The notes under the pieces are model-generated. The model was not told the DNA's origin. It did no database searches and worked only from the letters and a program-made list of their open reading frames with translations. The translations under genes were made by a program, and so were the position numbers. Positions 54,674 to 64,000 of a DNA stretch of 64,000 bases are shown here, piece by piece. Where the stretch lies: NCBI GenBank assembly GCA_964304625.1, contig OZ199838.1:11805608-11869607 (forward strand). Direction: 5' to 3'. The DNA comes from Kudoa neothunni (Eukaryota; Animalia; Cnidaria). Position 1 is the first letter of the stretch. The number at the start of each line of letters is the position of its first letter.

Positions 54674-54817
54674 TTTATTAATTCTTCGTTATTAATCATT
54701 CATCGGAGTTATTGAAGTCACTAAAATTACGTCGCCAATAAACGATAATAGTCTATAAGAATTAGTTAATTAATACTCAGTATATGCTTCCGAAGATGCT
54801 TTCTTACTTTTTTTAAT

Positions 54818-57800
54818 GGCAGTGTCTATTTTGCCGGACGCGCTTTTTCTCTTAAAATAATAATTCAATCGCTACAATTTTTTCCAAAAAATATCTTTTA
54901 TAAATGCAGAATATAAATTTAGTTTCATTTATCTTTTAATTAATAATTAGGTATCAAAATACATCGAGGATATTTTAAACTCATTCATAAGTATCATTAT
55001 AAATGACATTAAATTTTTTATAAATCTGTATTATTTACATAATTAATTTAATTTTATGTGTAACAGAATCATAAACGAGTAAAATACCCTCTAGCGTGCG
55101 GTTGTAACTTTGATAGTCGCGAGTAGAATCACTATGGAAGGAGAGTCTGATCAAACACTACTAATTCAGGATATTACATCAGGCCCTAAGGTCGGAAATG
55201 CATTTACAAACTTTGAAAAGGCTAAAAAAATCATGGATAAGTACTCAAAGCGGAACAACCTTTGTTACTGGGTCCGAGACTCTAGAAAAATCTCAACTGC
55301 CCTAAAAAAATTTGATAGAGACATGAACTCTGATCTTGTTTATTATGAAGCCACTTTTTGTTGTGTTCATGGTGGTAAAAATGTAATTATCTATATAAAA
55401 ATTGATGTAATTAATTTGAATTCAGATACAATCTAAAAGTTCTGGAAAGAGAAAAATCAACAGCCATAAAAGTGGTTGCAATTTCTTCATTACACTGCGA
55501 GTTCCTAAAAACATGAATATGTTAGTTATTAGAAAATTGGATCATACTCACAGCTGCAACAGAAATGAGCATTTTAGGAATTTTTTACCAATGAATAGAA
55601 AATTAGATGAAGAAAGCAAGAATCTTATAAAAAATGTTCATTTTTATGATGGAAATTTAAAAAGAGTACAAGTAGAAATCATGAACCAATCACAAAAAAA
55701 GGTTTCGTTGAAGCAAATCCATAATTATATTCAAACACTAAAAAAATGTTTCGTTGGATATTTCGGAATTGTTTAATTCAATAAAAAAATTCTTACCCAA
55801 ATGCAACTATCGAAATATTGCACAATAACTCCAATGAAATGACTGGAATATTTTTCCAAGACCTTTATATGAAAAATGTTATTAAAAAATTCCCCGAATT
55901 AGTATTTATGGATGCTACTTATAAATTAATCAATAATCGTATCCCATTGTATATAAGTCTGTTTATCGATTCTTTTGAGCAAAGCCAAATAGGAGCTATT
56001 GCTCTTTTATCTGAGGAGAGTACCGTGACTGTTACCTGGTTATGTCAATCTCTACTTAAACATAACGAGGAAATGTCAACCAAAACAGTTTGTTTCATTA
56101 CGGATAAAGACATAATTGAAAGAAACTCTATGAGATCTGTATTTCCTAACGTAAGTACAAACTTATGCCTGTACCGTGTCTTAAGAACATTTGGTAGAGA
56201 AATCTCTACTTTAAGAATGAGAATAAACAAAGCTGAAAGAAAAGCTGCCTTAGAGTTGATTCAAAAGCTTTGTTATACCGATGATCCAAAAATTTATGAA
56301 AATTACCATGAATTGTTAAATAAGACATGTAACAAAAAATCATTAGTTATTATAATAAATCTTGGGATCCAATCAAATATGAATGGTGCCCGGCATACAT
56401 GAACCTAAAGGGTACTTTTTAAATGAAACCAATAATCGATTAGAATGCATAAATTCCAAAGTTAAACAAATCTTAAAAAAATTATCAACAATTGAAGTCT
56501 TTTTCAGCGATCTACTTATTTATTTATCAAGTATGAGGACTGAGCGTGAGAGTAAAGCAGTTAAAGAGTTTACAACCCAAAATGTTGAGAAATTAAATTC
56601 GGACATTAACGGACGATATAAAACATTGTTACCTTCATATGCGTATAATATTATGCAGAATGAAATAAATAATTATATCGAACCCTATACCAATCCTGAT
56701 CCCAATAGTTGTACATGTTATTTCTACGTAAGTATGGAGTTGCCATGTAGGCATATTATTTACGCTAGAAAAATAATGAACATGAATTTATATGACGAGA
56801 AAATTTGTAATAAGAGGTGGCACAAAGAATATTACCTGTCATTTATTCAAATGACCAAAAATTTATATCTTCAAAATCCTTCGTGTTGTGTGCAACCAAG
56901 TATTACAGAAATTTAGAGTCAGTGACCTGTTCCGAATTCTGCTTTTAAGCGATACAGGGAGCTAGAAATTCTTTGTAAGAAAATAGCTTCGCTAGGGTCT
57001 GAAAAAACAGGGAGTCAATATGATTCATTAAAAAAGATTTTAGGTGAATTAATCTCTCTTATTTCCAATGGGGATTCTCTGGATAAGGTGACTATTTTTT
57101 CCACTATTCATATATCAACTTAATTTAGTTCAAGTTAATGTCTGAATCTGTCATCATAAACAATCAAGAGATTTCAATCCCAACATGTAATTAATGATAT
57201 TGTCTTTAGTAGAATTTTTATTTCGTGTTTAGTTACTGAGGAATCACGATTAGAGAATGAGGATATACTAGAAGCAGTTAATGATAATGCTCCATCATCA
57301 ATAATTGATATGGAGATCCCGAATATTGTAGATGATACCACAACTAAAAATCCATCTTTGAAGGGTGTGTATCTTTTGTCCATTTTGCTAAATTCATAAA
57401 ATTATAGGAATTAAGCTGCCAACAGTAGTGAAATTGAGAGGTAGACCAAAAGGTGTATTTCAAACAGTTATTGGTTTAAGAAAAAAAAGAAAATTATAAT
57501 TATGATAATAATAAACACCAGTATCGATATATAGTATTCAAATATAGTTTTACGTGGATGTTAAACAGTCCCAATTATTTGGCGTTGCATTACAAGATAA
57601 TTTCAAACATTTATTATTTAAAAGCAGTATACTCAACATTTTATTAAATTTTAGTAGTGTATCAATCATCTGTTAAAAACATTTACCTAATTATAAAAAT
57701 TTTAAATACGAATTGGCCAAATAGTTTTACTTTACTGTATTTTCATTTGGATATTATGGATACAAATTAGCTATGTTAAAATTCGTCACTGAATTAATGA

Positions 57801-57907
57801 AACTAAATTTATATTCTGCATTTATAAAAGATATTTTTTGGAAAAAATTGTAGCGATTGAATTATTATTTTAAGAGAAAAAGCGCGTCCGGCAAAATAGA
57901 CACTGCC
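54818..57907 (+). mobile_element. Mutator-like element (MULE), full length
   Basis: 112-bp TIRs GGCAGTGTCTATTTTGCCGGACGCGC... (54818-54929 and 57796-57907); 9-bp TSD TTTTTTAAT (54809-54817, 57908-57916). Confidence 0.95.
55134..57499 (+). pseudogene. MULE transposase (ZSWIM3-like; DDE, SWIM finger, AT-hook), intron-containing and frameshifted
   Basis: FMDATYK, FITDKD, ETNNRLE; SWIM CTC..LPCRH; C-terminal KLRGRPKG. Frame breaks near 55750-55820 and 56340. The CxxH motif reads CLYR. Confidence 0.8.
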
Positions 57908-58702
57908 TTTTTTAATTTTAAATTGGCATATATCATCAAGGTTAGGATCGTGAAAATGAATAACTAGACTATTAGGTTTATCGGAAGTTTTATGAAGGGA
58001 AATGGCAAATTTCCTAGGTCCTTCTGGAATCATCAACTCCGTGTTGGCGTAGTCGAAGAATACGTTTGCCTCAGACGTTCCACAATATAACTCTAGGAGA
58101 AAATTTGACGGTCGTCGATATGTAGCCGATAACTCGTAGTATCTCCCACAGTTAACATTAGCAGGAATACTATCCAAAACTATATGTTTATGTCTGATTT
58201 GGCATGTTGTTGAAAACTGACAGTTTTTCTTCACTTTAAAGTAGACATTGTCTTCTATCAATTTGGGAACCACATTTGGTGGCTTGGGAAAGTCTATTTT
58301 ATAATATTAAACTCTTATAGAAACAGAATTATATTACTGTTTTCTACATAAATATAATGTGTTGACTTTTTTGATTTAATTAACATGTAGTATGATGTTT
58401 GAGCTTTGTTAGTTTTAACCAATACTTAATCACGACAATCCACCGTACAAAATGGTAAAATTCCACATCGTACGTCTTCATATTGAGCTACGTTATCGGT
58501 TACACTAAGCAACTTTATTGTGCATGACGTTTTTGCCGTCCCTCTCAATCTCAAGTAAATTGTGTCACTCCCAGCAATTCGTTCTACCATATACTGATGC
58601 AGACAAACTAAGAATAAGGTAGCTAAACTACGATTTAATTCAGTTATATGTACCTTGTTTGACACAAAACAATGACCATATCAACCACAACCATAGCTCC
58701 AT
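57908..58702 (-). pseudogene. Type A surface-protein gene copy 2, 5' fragment
   Basis: Matches A1 at offset +7305; GAA>TAA nonsense at 58426-58428; cut by the MULE in module 3. Confidence 0.85.
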
Positions 58703-58783
58703 CGTATTTTTTTTATTTAATATAAAGGGATAAAAATTCAAAAGCCTAGGATTAGATTAATACAGACTAAAGATCCTATAGAT

Positions 58784-61073
58784 CAGTGGCTCTTAACCTG
58801 GGTTCGATGAAAAAATTCCTAATATTAGATCACATTTAGGATTAATATTCTTTATAATTTTAATATTTTAAATAAACCTTCTATTGGTTGTCTTTATAAT
58901 CCTGATTAGGAGCTCAATTAAAAAGATAATAATGATCACTTAAAAAATTATGGATAATTTAGCTAAAATTATTATTTGAGCATTTGAAATTCTTTTCGAT
59001 TTATCTGATTAGTACAATCACGTGTAACTGGTTACAGAGTTTACTTCGCGTCAGTGTTATTTACTTGCTAATTTTGTGAGGGTTACTGGAAATAAACATT
59101 GGCACTTTGAATGTTTAACCAAAAAAGAAAGTGATCAATTGATTTTGTACAGTTCGGTTTTACCTATGTAACGGAACTTAATTGTATTCAACGACCTCTT
59201 TGCATGATATGCAACTCGAAGTTAAGTAATTCTAGTTTGGTACCGGCGAAACTAAAAGAGCATTTTACAATTGTCCATGGAGACTCTGCATATAGGAATA
59301 TGACTCTTTCCGAACTTGGAGCAAAGAGAGTAAGATATGACGTAAGATCTACTTTGCAAAATTTTTGATTTGTTAATATCGATAAGCCTATCTTAACAGT
59401 AACATATGAAGTTTCATATCGCATTGGAAAACAAGGTGAACCTCACAATATTAGTGAAACGCTCGTTAAAGCTGTCGCGTTGAAGATGGCAAATATTTTA
59501 TTGGGAAGTATTGCAGAAAAAAAATTAGCACAAATTCCTTTGTCAAATGATACCGTTAAGAAAAGAATTGATGATATGATTAAAGATATTTTGGATCAAT
59601 TATTTTCTGATCTAATTTCATGTAAAGCAAAGTTTAGTATACAATTTGAAGAAACTGCTGATATATCAAACCTAAGTCAACTGGTTTCGTTTGTTAGATA
59701 TTTGAAAAATGGTGTTATTGTTGAATATTTTCTTTTTTGCAAACCTTTAACAACAACTGCCAAGGCAGTGGATGTTAAGAAAGTTGTCGATGAGTTTTTC
59801 AAAGACAATGGGCTTTCATGGAATATGGTTTCTTCTTTTTGCACTGATAGTGCCCAAGCTATGCTGGAGCGTAACTCTGGTTTTTGTGCTCTTGTGAAAG
59901 CAGATGCACCTCATATTATTGTTATGCATTGCATTTTACATTGATATGCATTAGCAACAAAGAATATGTCTCCAAGGTTGGCAGAAGTGTTGAAAATCGT
60001 GATAGATTGTGTAAATTTTGTGAGACGTAATGCTTTGAACCATCGAATTTTTAAATATTGCTGCAAAGAAATGGATTCTGAGTTTGAATTACTTTTGTTT
60101 TATTAAAATGTGAGGTGGCTGTCTCGAGGGAAGTATTAAACCGCGTTTTCACTCTGCGAAAGGAAATGGGTATATTTTTGCTGGAATGTAACCATTGCCA
60201 TGCACAATGTTTCAATAATTTGGAATTTAATCTTCTTTTGGTATACATGGCTGATATTTTTGATTCCATAAACTGTTTGAACCTGCAGATGAAAGTAAAT
60301 GGAGTCAAAATCATTGAGGCAGAGATGCATCTTAGTGCATTCCAAATAAAATAATCTTTATACAAACGAAGAATAATGGTCGACAATTATGCAAACTTTC
60401 CACGTTTAGACGATATTTGTAATATTAATGGCGACGGTAACAACGAATTGATCATTTTACCTTTTGCATTAAGGGAAATAATTACTGCAAATTTAAAAGA
60501 ACTTTCTAACTCACTCGATGGCTATTTCCCTTCTAAAAATTCATTCCCCGGCTGGGTGAGGCAGCCATTTAGCTGAGGATGCCAATAATAAATATCTTGA
60601 TGAGCTAATCGAACTTCAACACAACACAATTCAAAAACAACTTTTCGAAAAAGTTTCACCATCAATCTTTTGGATAAATCAAATTGAGAAATATCCTGCA
60701 ATTTCGATGAAAGCATGGAAGTTTTTATTCCTTTCGTAATAACTTATCTTTGCGAACAATCATTTTCAAGATTGGTCACCATGAAAACTAAATTAAGAAA
60801 TAAGCTTTTCTGTGAAAACGATATGCGAATTGCTCTCTCCAGCATTTTGCCTCGTATTGTGGATTTGGTTGCAAAAAAACAAGAACAAAAATCGCACTAA
60901 TTGGATTTATATTAATTTTATTTATACGTTTTGCAATTTTTATGATGTGCAAAATAATGATTAAATTGTAATTCATTTTATTTAAAATTTAAAAAATTTT
61001 ATGTTTGAGGTTCGACGAGGCGTGCTATAGGGTAATAGTGGTTCGGCGACTCTCAAAATGTTGAGAACCACTG
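58784..61073 (+). mobile_element. hAT transposon, Buster/Charlie (ZBED5/SCAND3/FAM200-like) type, with decayed transposase
   Basis: TIRs CAGTGGCTCTTAAC / GTTGAGAACCACTG; 8-bp TSD CTATAGAT (58776-58783, 61074-61081). Transposase motifs IPLSNDTVKKRI, FCTDSAQAM, HCILH, TYLCEQSFS and KQEQKSH, with stops and frameshifts. Confidence 0.95.
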
Positions 61074-61669
61074 CTATAGATTGTAAATTTCCGGATCAAT
61101 ATTTACGAAGGAGTATTATATCCATTTATTGTCGAATGATTATCTCATCGAATTCATAAAACGGTATATAATACAATTGACGAACGATTAGTTCGGCATG
61201 AGATCTAATTTTTGGATAGCATGCAAACGGTGTTTATTTTTTTGTTAACTAACATTTTATATATTTAATTAAATATAACTAAAATATCATTGGATCGAAT
61301 AAAAGCTTTTTTAATATTTTTTATATAATTAAGAATATATAAGGATTCTCATAATATTGATTGCATATATATCGAAAATAAATTCGAAATTTTTATGAAT
61401 AACCATGTTAAAAATTTTTGGAAAACAAGTAAATAAATATTTTTTACATTTCGAATAATGATTAATTAATAAAAACATAAATATAACGATAAACGTGATC
61501 AGCATGATTTTTTATATAATCATAATTCATCTGGCAAATAAAAATTTATTTTATATAGGCTTAGATAAAACGTGATAAATAAATCTGAATAAAATTTAAT
61601 AATAAATAATAATTATCATTTCATTGAAAGTAAAATAATTATTTCGTTCAGTAGAAAGAGGAAAGCCGC

Positions 61670-64000
61670 TTAGTCACCAGCTCTAGTTGCTACAAAAGCC
61701 ACTCCTCCAATAACCACAGCCAAAGCACCCAACACTGCGAGGATGCTAAATAAAAGAATTATGAAATTTTTAACCATATTTCACATCAAAATTACATCCA
61801 CCAGTTCTTCTTCATCCAACCACTATATATAAAAAATAAATAGTTAAAATTCGTAATTTATATAATAATTATTATTACCCAGTCCCTTGTTCTATACAAA
61901 ATTATATAACAATATATAGATAACCTAATAACTTACTTCCAACTTCAATCTCTTCAATAAGTGCTGCAGATTGTCCATCGTCAGATAACAACTGATAACT
62001 GTAATTTATATCTATATCCTCAAATACAACGGAGCTTGCACAATCAATATCTTGATCAGTTGGTTTTCCTATCTTCTCAAATAAGAATTTATCCTCGGGA
62101 TCTTTGGGATTGACGGCGTAGATAACCACATTACATAAATTCCCTGACTGAGTTTTGTCTGGTATGATGGTTAATCTCCTTTCGTAACCATCAAAAATGA
62201 TGTCTGGTTTTACTTTATCATTATTTTTTCCTAAAAATAACGTTATAACGTTTTCAAATCAAGATTTAATCACTTAGCAGTCGCGACACTTGATAAACTG
62301 TGTAATCAATGTGACCAGCATGAACCAACTCGATATTTATGGTTACATTCACTGGCAAATCCACCACTTCGAATCTGTGAGAACATAAACCCCAACATGG
62401 TTTTCCATCAGAACAGGTGGCTATTGTTTTTTTAAATCTTCTGGATCTCTTGTATCTCACGTAACATGTCATTTTTGGAAGATACGACTCATATTCACTC
62501 CCTGCTCCTGGGATCATGAGCATTGTATCACCGAAAAAGAATGTTTGTGTCTCGCTGAATTGTATTGTTTCTAATCATACTAAGTATTTATAATATAATA
62601 TATGTATACTTGTGGCGAAAAACGAATTAACAGCATATTCAGCACTATTTTTTTCTGCTCCAATTTTCATCTCAAGAATGTATGCTGTGTTGGGAGTCAA
62701 AAGCTTTAGCGGTGTCTTATTGTCACATGCTTCAGGGCAAGCTTCATTTCTCTCTTCCCCACATATCGCAGTCATTGGTAAACCAGGTAGATTCGCGTGT
62801 ACCAATGATGGAAAACACTTTGGTGTATTCTCAAGGTTTGATACTTGAAAACTAGCTGAGGTTGTTGTGATGTCAGATAACGTAACAGTATTTTTTGTAT
62901 CTATAAAATATCGTAATTTATAATTTAGTTAAGCTTATACCTTTAATTTTATATTCTGCATATCCATGTCTAGTTCCAATTTTGACGGTATAATCAGCAT
63001 TAAGAGCACTATCTTGCCCATCCACGACCAATGTGGTGGCTCCACCACAGTACTTGAAACATTTGTCATTGACAGTACTTCCAGTCTGACTACATTTATC
63101 CTTAAAATCATTGCCAGTATCTTTAATTTTGAAATTGCATATCTCATTGTTCAAATATGGATTATGCATTTGTAATGAGAAATCTGTGTGTGGAGAGGTG
63201 GATTGAGAAGAAGTAAAAGGAACATATTGGTATTTGTTATCTTTATTGTAGAAAGACTTGTTAGCGTAAAACATGACTTTAGCTTGATTAGCCCCACAGT
63301 AAGAATAATAGGCATTGGACATTGAGTATCGAATTGGTATAGTAATGTTATGTAGATTACAGCTGTTATTTTCTACTTTAGCCAAAGTTCTATCATGTTT
63401 TGTACTTTTAACTCGGCATTTATAGTTGTCAGTGCAGAAATTGTTAACTCCGAATTGCGCCTCTTCTTCACTTAATGTTACATTAGTTTCCGGAAGTCTT
63501 GGCATATCTATTAAAGAATAAGCTTAAAATTATAGGTAATACTATTATTTACCTGCTGGAATCGCTAATATATTAATTTTTCTTCCTTCGACAATTCTGA
63601 AATAGTGCATCAATCGCCCACTATTGACATTAATCACAACTATCTGATTACATTTCGTTTCGCACACAGGTAGAATGTTTGCTTCAGTGGTTGCTCCAGA
63701 TATTTTGCATATTGTCTCATTAAATTTTGCTCTAACTCCATTTCTAAATAAATGGTCTATTTTACAATCTTCATTTTCGTCTCCTTTCAGATAAATTGTA
63801 ACTTCGTCCATGTATGTTGAGATTTCTTGATCAACTATAGGTATATCGTCTGGATTTATTGTAGTTTCGGGAGGAGGGGTAGTGGTAATAGTTTCGGTAG
63901 CATCAATCGAGATGTCACTATCAGTTGAAATGTCACTATCAGTTGAATTGTCACCCTCAGTTTCAGAATCATCTTTAATTTCTGGATTATCTTCAACCTC
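61670..64000 (-). CDS. Cys-bridged FN3-like repeat surface protein, type B copy 2 (5' end beyond the window)
   Basis: Matches B1 at offset +9664 with the same exon structure; no disruption seen within the window. Confidence 0.8.

Noticed and set aside
1-64000. Prokaryotic systems (operons, CRISPR arrays, defence islands)
   Set aside because: Genes have spliceosomal introns and animal orthologues; no repeat-spacer array was seen.

Overview
AT-rich, gene-dense eukaryotic (animal) DNA with very short introns (mostly 40-70 nt, GT-AG) that break most genes across many ORF-track entries. The gene set (P4HTM, a LamG-CUB-MANEC-like receptor) and the compaction suggest a reduced cnidarian parasite such as a myxozoan; this is an inference. 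Genes rebuilt by manual splicing: MIX23/CCDC58, ARMC1, an orphan gene, a large LamG/CUB/Cys-repeat membrane protein, P4HTM, EMC10, a frame-disrupted NUP35-like locus, KLHDC10, a FATP/SLC27 acyl-CoA synthetase and two tandem, diverged COQ6-like monooxygenases. The most striking content is a family of five minus-strand genes or gene fragments (three paralogue types, A, B and C) encoding type-I surface proteins built from about six Cys-bridged FN3-like modules. An A-B unit is tandemly duplicated. The copies are near-identical over more than 1 kb but diverge sharply in the same (third) module, as expected for a polymorphic surface-antigen or recognition system. The duplicate carries a MULE (112-bp TIRs, 9-bp TSD) and a Buster-type hAT (8-bp TSD). 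A Helitron, hAT and pogo-type MITEs and a tRNA-derived element also occur. All homology calls come from motif recognition, not database searches.
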